From positions 806,001-870,000 of the forward strand of contig JAQGDQ010000034.1 in the NCBI GenBank assembly GCA_030141605.1: DNA of 64,000 nt. Direction: 5' to 3'. The first letter of the stretch is position 1. Every line of letters begins with the position of its first letter. This DNA comes from Tubiluchus corallicola (Eukaryota; Animalia; Priapulida). A program made the translations under genes and the position numbers. This document shows, piece by piece, positions 20,557 through 34,407 of the stretch. The notes below the pieces were generated by a model that worked only from the letters and a program-made list of their open reading frames with translations, ran no database searches and was not told the origin of the DNA.

Positions 20557-23500
20557 AAGTTTCATATGCCACACTACTCCAGCATGTCTCCTTTATAACA
20601 AATAGATTTCTACTACGGCCATTAGTCAGAACATAAATTATATGAATAAACCGAAGCTTGTAACACATTGGGCACTTCAGGTTGAGAACCATATATCTGG
20701 TTTTAACAGTGAAATAGGATGTATGTTACAGAACCTCTTAACAGTTTAACATGTTCATGCTGTAAGCTTATTATTATGATTTCAACTACTAACGCCCATG
20801 TAAACATTGTTATATGTTCAAGTTGTTACCAATTAAATGTACATGTATTGTAATTGTTTCCCATAAAAATTGTAGTGCAAATAAAGATGATATATATTTA
20901 TTCGCAGACGGAGATGCGTATGTACGTGGACCGAAGTTCTGGATACCACTCTGAAGGGTACCAAAATGCATAAAAATAATAATTACCATGTTAGGGGTGT
21001 ACAACCACTGTACCCTATGTGCTGTAGACAGTAAGAACAATGCATTGCAAATTATTAGTACGTACGTATGTATGTATGTATGTCAATTGTACAACTGTAC
21101 GTTGTAGTTTAGTAAATATATATGCAAGAAGTAAAATTTACTTCTAACTCTTTGCTTTCAATACACATTATAAAGATTCATAAAGTACATAGAAGGTTAG
21201 TATACTTGCAAAACGATGTAAGACCCGCTTGCTAACTAGTTTTGTGGATTTTGCAATCATCTTTGCGAACATAAATGGTAAAAGTTCGAAAACCTCCATT
21301 TGCTCAAGCCGAGGTGTTATTTGCCCAAGTGGAACAACGCGGTACTAAAACTCGAAACTAGCTCAAAAATTGCGCTGCGTGCCTCTTGCTAAACTAACTT
21401 AATACTCGTAAAAATCATGGCAGCAAAAAACCGCGCATGCAAGCCGACAACCACTCTTATAGCCTCGGTGAAAATAGAATTTATCTTCGCGAACAAAGAA
21501 GGCGATTTACAAAAGGCAACGGCCAAGCCAGACTGCAACAAAAAACAGGGGTGCGATGTTGGTATGAATGCTTTCTACCTGAGTAATAAAGAAAAGCAAA
21601 AAAACAGTGAAACATGCTATAGTAGCCGTATGCTCTGGGTAATTAACAAAACAAACTGTACAAATAGACAAATCATAAACAAATAAATAAATTTACATAG
21701 TTCGAATTCGAATACAGCACAGAAAGTTTCATCTACCAACTTTAAAACATTTGCCACGCACAGTCACTGTTTTGTAATATCAAGCGAACTGCACCTTTTT
21801 GGCTTTTCTACCTAATTTCTGTGGTACTGTAGAGTAAAAACATATACACGTATACAGCAAGTCGGTTATTCACGTACCGTATCTAACGGATACTATTGAT
21901 TAAAGACATCATTTAAATGGTAAAATCATTGCGGCTTATCCAAATCTACTCAGTATAAAAGCTTGAAGCTAAATTGGTTTATTTTTTCCCAAATTAGTGC
22001 TCAAACAAAAAAGGTCATATATATCATATTTATATATCATATACATAACCGTAAAGACGGTTGGTACAATCTCAAAACTCACTAGGCAGGAATCATATAG
22101 GCTGTAGCCCTAAAGCGGCTCATACTACAAAATACATAACAATGACTTCATTGACAAGTTGAGTATTGTGATGGAATAACGTTTGTCAGGTCTTAATCTA
22201 GTAACTAACAATCGGCAGATCTACTTCATACATAAGTTAAATTTGATTTTCTTATCTTACAGGAAGTTTGTTAAGTGTAGAACAGATTCAATCGAATAGC
22301 TCTAGGCACTTGCCAGAAGCTCTAGGTGTGCTGCAGGCAAGACTTCTAAGATGGGTTGAAAACTTAGGATGGTCATTTTTGTTGATTTTGGTACAGCACT
22401 AAACCAGGTAAGAGCTACATTTCGTTGTTGTAAGTAAGGAAAACACATTACAGATTGGATATCAGGCTTCGAGTAAACTTTCCGGGAGAATCCGCCCAGA
22501 ATCGTACGTAACAACATAATGCTTTCGTCGGTGACCTCTTCTATGACGGTAAATTTTACACATAATGACGAAAGAATTTTTTCCACTACAGTTTGTATGA
22601 CATCACACTAGACAACGGAACAGAAAGCGGAAGTACAAATCGAGTGACTCATTGAAGTCTTATTCATTCAATAGATGAATCGTTTACCATGATAACGTAG
22701 TTTGTGAGTACATGATGGGTAATACACACACGAATCACAATATTGACAAAAAATGTGTGAACACTAACAAATTTAAAGAACGACGAAAACATGTGATGAA
22801 CAATGTTTTTGAAAATACGGCTTAGAGGTTGCAGTTCCTCTTAACTTGGGCAAGCAAAAACTGTATAGCTGGCGTGTTAAAAAATCTTTTTGGCCCAAAT
22901 GAAAAGTTTAGAGGAAACATTTTGTGGCCGGTAACTTTTGATGTGCTTACTTTTCAAGAGAAATAAACTTACATAGGATATAAAATTTATCTATTATGTA
23001 ATTATCACTATTATAGTACCTGCACACTGCATAGGCTAGCGGACAAGAATTTGAGTCACTTTTGATATGCGATAACTTACACATAGGATCAGTCACCTTT
23101 TATTAAGAGCACAGTTAACATTCTTTTCCTTAATTAGTTCTAACTTTCACGGTGTCAAAATAAACAATGATTATAAAAATGAAAATTACACGAAAACAAT
23201 GAGCTTTCAGAAAATAATTATAAGACCATGGCATAAATTGCAACTGACACGAACAACAAAATGCATAAAACAATGGATTAATCAAAATTAAACGTACTTT
23301 TAAATACAAAACTGTGCCGCAGAACTGCACAAGACTACATAGCAGAATTTTCTAACAATGCAATATGGCTCAAATACAGTGCAAACTACTTACCAATTTG
23401 TTGTCACCTAAATCGGAATTCAGTCAGTTTATTACCAAAGTTTCGCTTTCACTCATTGCAACAAATTAACTTGCTGTAGCACAATAAAATGTAGGTTACA

Positions 23501-24916
23501 TTAAGACGGCACTGTATCTCACAACAGCTAAACGCGTTTCGTAAAATGGCAGTAATGCGAGCGAAACAGCAGAGAGAAAAATCGCCAATAAAACATGTCA
23601 GACAAAGAGATGGAGTGTGGATTGAACGCTAAGCGAGCTTGGCTATGCAGGCACAAACTGACGAATAGAAATTGGATTTACACAACAGACAGACATCTGG
23701 CGGATAGCTCGCTGCTACTGTATGAACACTGTGTATTGCTTTTACAACTAACCGGTTCTAATACGAAATTTAGAAGACACGGGCTGATTTCCCTGAAACA
23801 TTTGTAATAAAACGACGCATCTTCACACGTTAATATCATTTGACATTAAAGATCAATCGATACTGTACCGAAGAGTGTACACAGCGTAATGAAGCTTCAT
23901 TAAAGAAACAAAGTTTAACGCGGGATGAAAACAGTACATCTGTACGTTAATAATTTGAAAACGTAATAGTTTTTCACGTACTTTTCGGGTAATTTTTCAT
24001 TTTTAGCTGCCCTCAGTAACCTGCTGTTTCAGTTAGATAAAATTAATGCGGATGCACAAGTATTATCAAATTGCACTTGTGACTTCTAACAGCGCAATTA
24101 ATTTGCCAGATTTTTCTTCACATATGGTTTGAGATGTATTCAAGCCCAATTTTGCCTCGACGAAACTTAGTTGCACATAAAGCGATGAACAGTTGCTCAC
24201 AATTACTTTGTAGATTAAGCTCATTTCTTTGCTTTTCTCAATTTAGTCAATGCCAGGGCTGCAGATTAACCAATAGCACATTAACAAACTAGAGAGACAG
24301 GTATCTAAAAGAATAAAATATCACAAATATTATTTTTAGCAATAGTGGTTCAAATGAGGCAGAAATTTTGTTGCCAATTTTTAGGAATTAGATAATTAAT
24401 AGCAAAAAGATGCATAGTCCCTGTAACGTTAATCACTAGTTTCTAAAAATTTCAATTTTCTAAGCTGCAGTGTGTACTAACGAGCAATTAATGTCTTACT
24501 ACTGTAACATAGACTCATCACGTCTGTCGGGCACACCGATTAATTGAATTTCGAATACGAGACATGAAATTCAAAACCCATCAAGCGGCGGAAAACGACT
24601 AGCAAGACCAAATTTCACGTTTCAACAAGTGCAGCTATTATGCTTCTGCCATCTATTGGCGCGCGCACAAATTATTTGTAATAAAAAAACTGCTGCCAGT
24701 CAAATCTTCCAACTTGAGGATAGCTTACTAAACAAACACAAAGGTAAAGATGACTGGATAGCTTGAACCGCTAACACAAACGAATGTTTTTAAAATATCT
24801 AGATGTTGCCTCATCTGTCTGTAGCACGCATGCGATATTTCCACTTAGCTTATTTCTAATGGTTTGTGTATAACGTATCACTGCAAAACACAGCAGGTGT
24901 GGCGTTTTAACTCAAC

Positions 24917-24922
24917 TTTATT
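24917..24922 (-). promoter_or_regulatory. candidate polyadenylation signal of TMEM86 (3' UTR ~2.4 kb)
   Basis: AATAAA on minus strand at the end of a long U-rich, UTR-like tract; more proximal AATAAA hexamers also exist. Confidence 0.35.
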
Positions 24923-25834
24923 GTAAGCAATTTAATGTTTTTAAATTTTTACACAAACAAACACCATACAATATTCATGAACGGGATGGTAGCCATACGC
25001 ATGCAAATACTTTGGAGGTAAAATAACCCAACTAAAATTGTTTGCTATGATGCAATAACACAATAAACAACATCATTAATACAAAGTCTTAAATGCCTTG
25101 CATAATGTATAGCTTAACATACAATTGCATACACATATAATTATTACTGACTTGTACTTTACCATAAATACTTTTACGCTGATATACAGTAATGTAAATG
25201 CATTAGTAAACAACAATAAACACACAGACACATGGACATCAAGCTACTGAGATAAAATATTCAATATGAAACATATTTTAAAAACTTAAACTTTGTAAAA
25301 TAAGCGGAATAGAACAAAAAATACCGGGTTGTACAATAATTCAAAAAAATGCAACAATGCATCTCTATATGAATTAAACTATTGGTAAATCAACAATTTA
25401 CAAAAAATCTTGTACTATTATTCATCTGACAATATCCGTGGCTAAATATAAGAGACCACTAAAGAGTTAACAGATGAAGGGGAGACAGTATGCAAACTTT
25501 GGTTAACAGACATAAAAAACTTGATTTTTGCATTATCTACCTGATGTTGCATATCGCAGAAATAACGGGTAAAATATTATTCATTGTTATTAATTAACTG
25601 TGAAAATTAAAGCAACCGATAAGGTGATGCTATTACAATGCGTTATGTGAATTTGTGTCAAATCCACACGAAAACTAAAACAGTACTATCTACAACTTCT
25701 TGCATATCGTAGTATTCTTCAGAACTATATGCAGAACTTTTACATTTTGCTTATTTTAATCTTAACTAAGCATTATTCTCCAAATTATTTTGGCAATAAA
25801 ATAAGAGATACTTGGCATCGTTTTTAACTGTCAA

Positions 25835-26520
25835 AAGGGATGTTACCGAAACTGAAATTTATGAAACATAGGAAACCGATACGGAAGTGAAACTGAATGA
25901 AAATCATTTTTGCAAAACCAAATATTATAAATTAGACCTACTATCATAACTGAAAAAAAATCTGAAATAAATAAAATACTTTGTTTTTGCTTATTTGCTT
26001 ATATTTGCTCCGACACAAGTTTAATGAAGTAACTAGGCAAAAAATCCTAACCAAAGAAGTAAAACAATGTTTATAGTTAAAGATAGTGAAACTTTATTTT
26101 ATAAATTTTATTTATAAATATTCTGTTGTCTTTTTTTGTCATAAATTATAAAATTAAACTTGGTTTTATTCAAATTACGCTTATATTTCAGTTGACTGTG
26201 CCTGTAGACCTTGAAGCTTCACAGTCGTCAATACTGAAGATATGCCACATTGCCGTAAAAATCATGCTATAAAATAAGTGGTACGAAAAGTTGAATAAAT
26301 GATATTTACACTTTATTTGAACTATTTTAGCCAAAATTTTTCAGCGATTTTTAACATCTAGGGGAAAAAGGTTAAGCTGGATAAAGAATACTAAAACTTC
26401 TGAAAGATGCAATCAAAAGTTACCAAAAGTTTTGGCTGCGAAACTTAATAATTTTCGATGAAAACGAAACTCAACCTAAAGTGCAACTGAAACGAAATTT
26501 TCATTTCGGTAACATCCGTG
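25835..26520. mobile_element. hAT-like MITE downstream of TMEM86 stop
   Basis: TIRs GGGATGTTACCGAAACTGAAATTT / AAATTTTCATTTCGGTAACATCC; GAAACTGAA subterminal repeats; TSD decayed (5/8). Confidence 0.7.
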
Positions 26521-27292
26521 ACCATCCATGGTTACCACGCTCACACATTATAGCTTCTTAATATCATAACAGATTCTTTGGAAACAGACAATATAAATAA
26601 AGTTGCATTGCTATGTTGCAATATGATTATGTATTATATTTTTGCATATCACATAAAACAATCACATCATCTAAAGGTGTGAAGACTCAGTGAAAAGGTG
26701 CTTTCTTAACAAGAGTGATGCATTCGTGAACCACGGTCATTCACTGGTACCAACAAAAGCAGTAAAAATTTAACTTGATAGTCTATAATGAATTTGATGT
26801 ATACCCATCCCCAGCCTATAAATATTTCTATAAATAGGTAGTACACATAAGTGGCACGATGCATAAATATGTGTGTAGTTATTACACTTCTGTACTAAGG
26901 CTAGTTATATTCAAAAATAATGAACAAAAAAGTTGATGACTCTCAACATCTGCTACATTTATGTTTGAATAAACTTATAATGCTCAACATAATGCAACTT
27001 TAGAACTTTAAGAGCCGAGATTCTTAGGCTGACCAAAAACACTGAACCTAAGTACCGGTACTTCTACCAATCATTTTGCAAAGAACAGTCTGATAATAAT
27101 AACACCTGCAACTATATGTCAATTTCACAGAATTCTTCTTTGTAACTTGTAAATTGTATAGTTATATGTCATGACAGAGTAGTGATTTTCAGCAGTACTT
27201 GCTGTCATCAGTTCCTTAAAACATGTTACAAATCTTTACAAACTAACCACACAAACATGTAATCTAACATGCTTACTGTACAATTTTTGTTG

Positions 27293-28162
27293 TTAGTCTA
27301 ATGAATGACTAGTAAGCAATAATCCATTATGGTCGGACTTAAGAACATCACACTGCAAATGCTCAAAATCCCGTATCTTTCTTTCCAGGCTGTTTGACCG
27401 CGAAGTCTTTGGGCTGTTGTTGAGCGACGATGCACCGCTACTGCATGTTGAATTGGGCCGAGAACAAACCAATGATTCTGGGGGAATCAACTCTTCCACT
27501 GCCGCTCTGCTGTCCACTACGGACAGAGCAATGCCGACCTGAGCTGCATAATACGTCGCCATGACTAAAGCCTGAGAATATGGCACAGGGCAAATGAAAT
27601 GGTTAACAGCAATGATCGTATCAGAAATGCAGAAAAGCACGGCCCCTCCACACGAGCATAACTTCGTCCATGTCCACAGATCATCAAAGAATTGAACACG
27701 TGCAATACCTCGCCACGCCATGAAAGCAATCAGACCAATATATATGGGAACAGCAACAGTGTAAATGCCTTCCGTTACCGGCCACAGCTGACTCTGGACA
27801 ATGCTGGCTAAGATCGTGATGACGGTAGCGGCATAAGGATTGAACGGACGCATTCCGAAAGCGGTGCCGTACACGACTTGTGCGATTCCAAATAATATCA
27901 TGCCATATAGGAAATACTCGCTATACACAAGTACAGCGTCACCCAAACAAGCGAATATGAGCCCAGTTAAGATCCTGCGGGAATAAGCATATTCATCAGA
28001 CAAGTTCATTCCATGTAGAAGAACAAAAACAATGAGCGAGACAATGGGCAGACATTTAACTATCACAGCCAGTGGAGATGGATTCGAGTCCGGTATAAAC
28101 AGTACGAAGTATATGCAGGTCGTTTTGAAAAATGGCACCAATTTTGGTCCGACACTTTTCAA
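27293..28162 (-). CDS. TMEM86A: Lysoplasmalogenase TMEM86A-like (YhhN family), main coding exon
   Basis: LKSVGPKLVPFFKTTCIYFVL...KCLPI...GLIFACLGDA...GAVLFCISDTIIA...VMATYYAAQVGIALS matches TMEM86A/YhhN motifs; multiple hydrophobic helices; AACAG acceptor at 28163-28164; TAA stop. Confidence 0.96.
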   Translation of the reverse strand: MKSVGPKLVPFFKTTCIYFVLFIPDSNPSPLAVIVKCLPIVSLIVFVLLHGMNLSDEYAYSRRILTGLIFACLGDAVLVYSEYFLYGMILFGIAQVVYGTAFGMRPFNPYAATVITILASIVQSQLWPVTEGIYTVAVPIYIGLIAFMAWRGIARVQFFDDLWTWTKLCSCGGAVLFCISDTIIAVNHFICPVPYSQALVMATYYAAQVGIALSVVDSRAAVEELIPPESLVCSRPNSTCSSGASSLNNSPKTSRSNSLERKIRDFEHLQCDVLKSDHNGLLLTSHSLD

Positions 28163-29060
28163 CTGTTAAATAAGAAAGTGGATAAATTAACATTCAAACT
28201 ATAAACTATTTGATCTTGTGCAAAATCATTCCGATAAATTTCTTTTAGGTGTTACAGTCCAAATAAAATTTACAAACCACATTATTGCCTTTTAACATTT
28301 TTACGATTTTATGCCAAAATGGCCGTGCTTCCACAATGCTAAGAGACTGATTTAACCTATAATTATTTAAGATACTCCAAATAATGCAACCTATGTGCTT
28401 AATAATAAGAACAAATAACAAAATGAGACAAAATAAAAATTGTAAAGACATCCTACGGTCATTGAGCACCTACTTAAAACAGACATTTGAGTACTTGTTT
28501 GCTTGGTGGGTAGACTGTATAAAATAATAAATTTTTAGACAAATAAAATAGCACAAGAATCAACCCATAAATTTTACGACTACAGTAGTTCACCATCGGG
28601 AATGTAGACAGCTTTATTTACGAGGTGGCCTTGCATGAAAAATCGTGTTTCCGTGACACACTGGCTTATAGTAATCATACAAATAGGTCCAGCTAAGTCA
28701 AACAAATATGTTTATAATTCACTTAGCTGGTAGACCTGATAAATTTGTACAAATAATGACGCATACACAGAGACTAAAATTCGCATAAGTGGCTACATGT
28801 TGCGGAAAGCACAGAAAATCATTCAACAAGTGATTTTAAAATCAGAGTCACCTGCAATTGAATGACCAATGCAAAATTAAAATAGAAAAGCCGTAAAGGC
28901 TTAGGAATTGCAAGGGTTTACAACCGACTTATCTTATTTTGTAGCCATATTCTTTTCCTTAGGTGTAATTTCAAACAAGAAAAGATGGCCTGCTATTCAG
29001 ACAGTAGCCAGGCCATAGTTTTTGCTTAACAGTGAACATATGGCTGCAGACTGATGATGT

Positions 29061-29799
29061 TGCTGGGTGCCGTGTAACCCACTAGCCGAAGTAGGACACT
29101 GGTGTACATGGGCTAGCCCAAGTAGGACGTGTCGTGCATGGACTGCCCAAGTAGGACTCTAGAGACAGGTCGCGAATTGAGTCATTAAGTGTACTGGCGC
29201 CGTCTGTTGTCCTTGTTTAACAATATATGTAATAATAATAATTAAAAACGTCAATACACGTTGAATAATTTATACATCTGATCAACTAAAAGAATTTTAT
29301 TCTGAACTGGTAGAACGGACAATATTAAATTTGGCTTCGATATTAATGTTGTTGAAGTGAAATAAACCCCCTTTTTAGGCGATTCCAACATTTGATTAAA
29401 GTATATCATTTTTTATTTTGTCTCGCTACTAATTGTTTTCTACAAAGTAAATGGGCTAGCGAGCTATGTGCACTACATAGTTTCTCTCTTTAAAGCATTA
29501 CGTACTTAGTTTAATGTTATGATGATTTTAATGGAGCTAGTAATGCTGATGATACTATCGAAAAAATACATTAATTTTGTAAATTGTCAAGGGCTATCCA
29601 TCATTATTATAAAGTTACTTTTTCTCTAAAACAAATTTAGTTTTATGTTTTATTATGTCATCATAATTCTCGCTTCCCGTCAAAATTGCCAGTGCCCTAC
29701 TTGGGCTGCCCATGTACAACAGCGCTTTTCCGCAAATTTAGCACATGCGTTTTACCGGAAGTGTCCTACTTTGGCTAGTGGGTTACTCGGCGCCCTACA
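29061..29799. mobile_element. non-autonomous TIR element (TG..CA termini, 4-bp TSD), Ginger-like MITE A
   Basis: TIRs TGCTGGGTGCCGTGTAACCCACTAGCCGAAGTAGGACACT / AGTGTCCTACTTTGGCTAGTGGGTTACTCGGCGCCCTACA; ATGT on both flanks; GCCCAAGTAGGAC subterminal repeats. Confidence 0.85.
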
Positions 29800-31103
29800 A
29801 TGTATAGGTGATGTTTGAAGGCGTCTCAAGTCTGTATAGTCAGTTATTAGCCAACAAAACCAATTTAGTGCTATAAAGTCCACCACTAAGATTTTGTTTT
29901 TGTAACCTCGTATTTGCAGGAAAATATCTTTGCGGGAAGGGAGGATTCGTACTCTCTATCAAAACCTAGTGTCAATCACATCCTCTTAGTATTCAGTATT
30001 TATAGTATTTTTATGTATTTAGCACAGGTCATGCAAAATATATTGTGAAAGTACCAAGTGTAAATAGATCAGCATAAAATGACACGAAAATCACGGGCAG
30101 ATTTGCTGTTATTATAGTTCCGTTTTTTCATAAAAATTTAGAACTGTTAGCGGCAGACTCACTGATACATTAGAATGATACAACAATGTATCTATGTATA
30201 CGGCAGGTCCGTTTTACAGGTGTAATTGAGTTGTGATCCATTTAATGGGCATATTTGAGGAAAAGTGAAAATCTGGGCTCTGCTGCAGTACTTAGTACCT
30301 TTATGCTTAGTACCTTTATGCAAAGTTTCAGCTTCGTGCAATGAAAACTACGGCCTGTCATGTGATGTCAACAACAACAACATGACCAAGCTTTAGAGAT
30401 CCCGCACTTAACGCCAGGGCTAAAAGTTGCAGTAATCTAATCCTCAAACAATGGACACTGCGACCCAGTAAACATACCAGTACTGGCTTGGTATATAAAA
30501 GATATGCATAACACAGAAGCAAAAATACCACTTTTTAAGTACATAAATTTGGCTTCAGGTGAAAGTTTACAAGTACAACTTTTGATGATCTTTTGAACAA
30601 CATCTATTTATACTGGATCATCAGACTAAACTATTCACCCTACAATAATGTTTACTTAAGTACTCTATATTTTTTGCACAGATGGCACGTTCCTGCATTT
30701 TTGGTGGGCTCCGTGAATGGCTTGACCACTTGAGGTCACAACTTTTTTGTTAAAATTCCGCCAAAAAAACTACTAACATTATCTATTCTAAACTAATTTT
30801 AATTTTGACGAAGCCAAAACCTTAAAACATCAACCTCAAATATATCATGCTTTTTCTTGGTAACCACTCTTTTCTACCATCTTCTCTTTAAAACTCATAT
30901 TAAGAGTAATCCTTTATAAAATGTTAAAATAACAAAACTAAAATCATTTAAAACTTCAGTAGTGGTGTACTACTACATCTCACTTGCATCCAAATCATCT
31001 CATCATTACCAAATCAAACAGCCGGAACCGATTGTGGTCCTAAAAGTTAACAACTACTTGGAAAATGCTTTTTTCTAGCGTGATAAAACCGAGAAATACT
31101 TAC

Positions 31104-31124
31104 CACGGCTTTGGGGTTTGTCAT
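31104..31124 (-). CDS. TMEM86A: TMEM86A-like first coding exon (MTNPKAV; exon 31154-31104)
   Basis: ATG at 31124 and GTG|GTAAGT donor join in phase 0 to LKSVGPK, giving an N-terminus like human MVSPVTVVKSEGPK; TTTCAG acceptor at 31155-31156. Confidence 0.9.
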
Positions 31125-31856
31125 TCTTTTTTTTTTGATGTGTAAAAACAATACCTGAAAATAACAGAAAAATACGCAGTACAAATTTATGTGCTTATAT
31201 AGCATCAGATCCAGAAAATCTGGCATTGTTTCTAAGTCTCTCAAAAAACTTGCTCAGTCATGCAAATATGCATCACATACTACATGAGAGAACTGCTTAA
31301 AAACTTGCATAAGTCTTCAAAAACTGACAGGCTCACAACGCTTTCTGATCGCGCACAGTACCTTCACTCGGAACAAATGATAAAATAACCCTGATAAACT
31401 TTTTCGTAGTAGTGTGACAACTAACGCAGGGAATCATTTTTCTAGTATCAGGCGATTTGTTCATAAAATCGTCTCAGAGCAATGTGATTGCTTCAGAAAA
31501 CAAAAGTAAATTTAAGTATAATGAGAGATGGCGAGCTCAATGCCAATCAAGATAAGCTGGCATCACTAAACCATTTAATGGTATGCTATCAAAAAGGCTA
31601 TAATTCACATGAGCGAAAGTTTGGCATTGTTAGAAAAACATACACCAAGATTATTATGTTTTGAGATAAATGTTAAAACTCTCTGCCATTCAGATAGGGC
31701 TTCAGTTTAAGTTGAGATAACATACAGATTACAGTTGTCTACACAATTCCGTTTAATTTTATGAAACAAACAGTTTTACATTGTGCTTTTATAATCACCT
31801 AGTTACTATCAGGCACTGCATAATATAAAATACTGACTACAATTAAGTATACTTAC

Positions 31857-32150
31857 TCGAAGTTGAAACTAACTTAATCTAACGAAGACCCAAATTGCAC
31901 TGTTGTTAAACCAAAAAAGTGTCATTGTTGATGTTGTGAAATTTTATCCTGATCACATGATTAATGAAGGGGGCACTAGTATGATTCTTTTTAGCTCCCA
32001 AAAATCTGAAAAAAGATCTTTGGCTTAGGCAAGTTTCGCTATTGCGCACGACCAACTGGACAGAAACCAATAAAAAAGAAAATAACAGAATGTATTGTAC
32101 AAAATCCTTCTACGGAATACGCACACCGTTTAGATACGTTTCCGTAAGAA
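31857..32150 (-). promoter_or_regulatory. candidate TMEM86 non-coding first exon and promoter
   Basis: Consensus GTAAGT donor at 31856-31851 on minus strand; CpG-containing segment near 32030-32150; upstream boundary uncertain. Confidence 0.4.
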
Positions 32151-32452
32151 ATAAGCTAAATATGCGCAAAACTTTCTTGCAAATTTTTATTAAGTTTTTA
32201 TTAGCTATTAATAGTTCTTATTTAATCAGTTTTTTTTATTTGATACCTAGGCACGTTAGTATTTTAATTCTTCTATATCTTGTCTGTGAAATACTCATAA
32301 TACCTCGTCTTTTGCCATAATTGATAACTCAGTGTATTGTACAATTAATTTTCAATTGAAGTGAATTAAACATATTGTGCATGACTACTGTATTACTGTA
32401 TTAAATAAGTTAATATTATTAGAGTTCGTTATAAACAAATGTACTTATAAAT

Positions 32453-32585
32453 CGTAAATTGTCAAGTACTGTCTGTCATCATTATAAAGTTAGTTTTTTC
32501 TATAAACAACTTAAATTCCATGTTATATTATGCAGTACTTGGGTTGTCAGTGTATCACACTAGTTCTCCTAAAATTTAGTACATT
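32453..32585 (+). mobile_element. decayed fragment of the MITE A/B family
   Basis: GTAAATTGTCAAG...TCATCATTATAAAGTTAGTTTTTTCT...TACTTGGG...AAATTTAGTACA aligns by eye with 29579-29745. Confidence 0.65.
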
Positions 32586-34407
32586 CATAGTAGAACAACT
32601 GCAATGTATGGAACCGTAGAACTGCCTTTTTGTTTGTGCCAGTTCCTGGACATCAAAGAATTTTTTGCTAGCGTGGGTTTCCTTCATTGACGTGAAACAA
32701 CAATCTCCAAAATCAACATATGTAAAAATACATTGTAGTAGTTGCCAATTAATTGATGAACAACTGATGCTGATTGTTGTTGATTTGCCTATAATTTCGC
32801 AAACAAATGATGTTGAATTGGCCTAAAATTGTGATTACATATTACCTAGTTTTATAAATACAGTAGTAAAATGTACAGTATGTATTCTTCACTTAATTAT
32901 GCTTCTAGTTTTATTGTAGTGTATAGCTATTCATCGTGAGTTTTTATTCATGCTTTTTACCCATTAATGATAGCAAAGCCTAAGAGCATTAGGGATTCTG
33001 GCTACCAAATTACTATTAATTGTTTATTAATGCCAAGATTATTAGGCTTGATTGTATGACCTGCGATTAATTTAAATAGAAACCAAACTTAGAAAAATAG
33101 GAAATGTGAAAAACTTGGAACACAGCCTCAGTTTGAACAAGGTACCATGCAATGACACTCAGTTTTAAAACTGATCTCATAACTCTCAACCACTATAGAG
33201 ATTACTGGGTTATCCCATCAACATGATTATCTAATTTGTTGATCTGGCGTCACATTTTTTATAGCATGCAGCCATTTTGTCCCAATGTTTTTACATGGTT
33301 TTTGGCATCACGCAGAATTTTTCCCTGGCAAACCTATAGTTATTTATAAAAAGTTGACTTGTGCTCGTAATTCTCAATCGATTGTTGCCAAAATAAAAAT
33401 GATTTTTTTTTCTTATTTCTCATCTCTACAGAAAAGATTTATGGAAATTAATGAATTAGTCTTTTATAATTTTGTTGACTAACTAAGAAACTACCAAACA
33501 AATGACAATGGAGATAGAGTTAAAAGAAAATACATTGAATTTTCTTGCAAGTTTCTTTTGTGTTCATTGTTCAAAAAATAGTCATGCTATCACCAGTTTT
33601 CTCAGCATTTCAACAAAATAGGTAAAAATAAAAGATGTCAATTAGTTAAACAGCAGGTTTCTGAATATACAAAGTTAATATCCTAAGTAAAGCCAAGAAC
33701 AGCAAAATGTTACTTTCAGTGTAAATGTAATCAATTGGTCATGACTCCAGTGATTCCTGAAAAGACTTTTTAATTCTGTTGTTTTTTCAAAAGTCTATGT
33801 AAATCTGTGTTTGTAACAAAAATTTGAATTATGCTGCTTAAATTAAGTTTCGCCAGCAAACAAAAGGAATCCCATAAAAACAAAATAAAATTTTTAGAAA
33901 ACTAGGTAGTTAACTTACACTCTTATTTTTCGTGCAGAAATAATGTTCATGTTAATTAAAATAATGTACTCTACATTTTTTAAAATAGATCAATTAAATT
34001 AGTTGCATCATCATAATTGTCTTACAAAAACTAATTTTATGCTGAACAAATAATTGGTTTTTATTATCCCGAAAATGTTGACACAATTATCTAGTTCACA
34101 TCTTTGATGAGCCATGTTGACGACATAGAGGCTTTATTAGGTATTGGCTCTGTGGTGGTATAGTCGTTGTTTTTGATCATTGTTGCTGTTATTTTTTGAC
34201 TACGACGATAAAATGAAAATAACATTAACTTTTTTGCATGTAAGTTTTTATTATTTTTTAAGTCAACTATTTTAAAAATGCTTTGGGATTTGACTTGAGA
34301 TGGAGCTAATAATGTATCTATGAGCCGCCAGAACAAATGTTCAAAGAATCTTTCTATTGTATGTTTACACACCAGAACGCGAAAATTGACTAGGTTATTT
34401 TGTGTGG

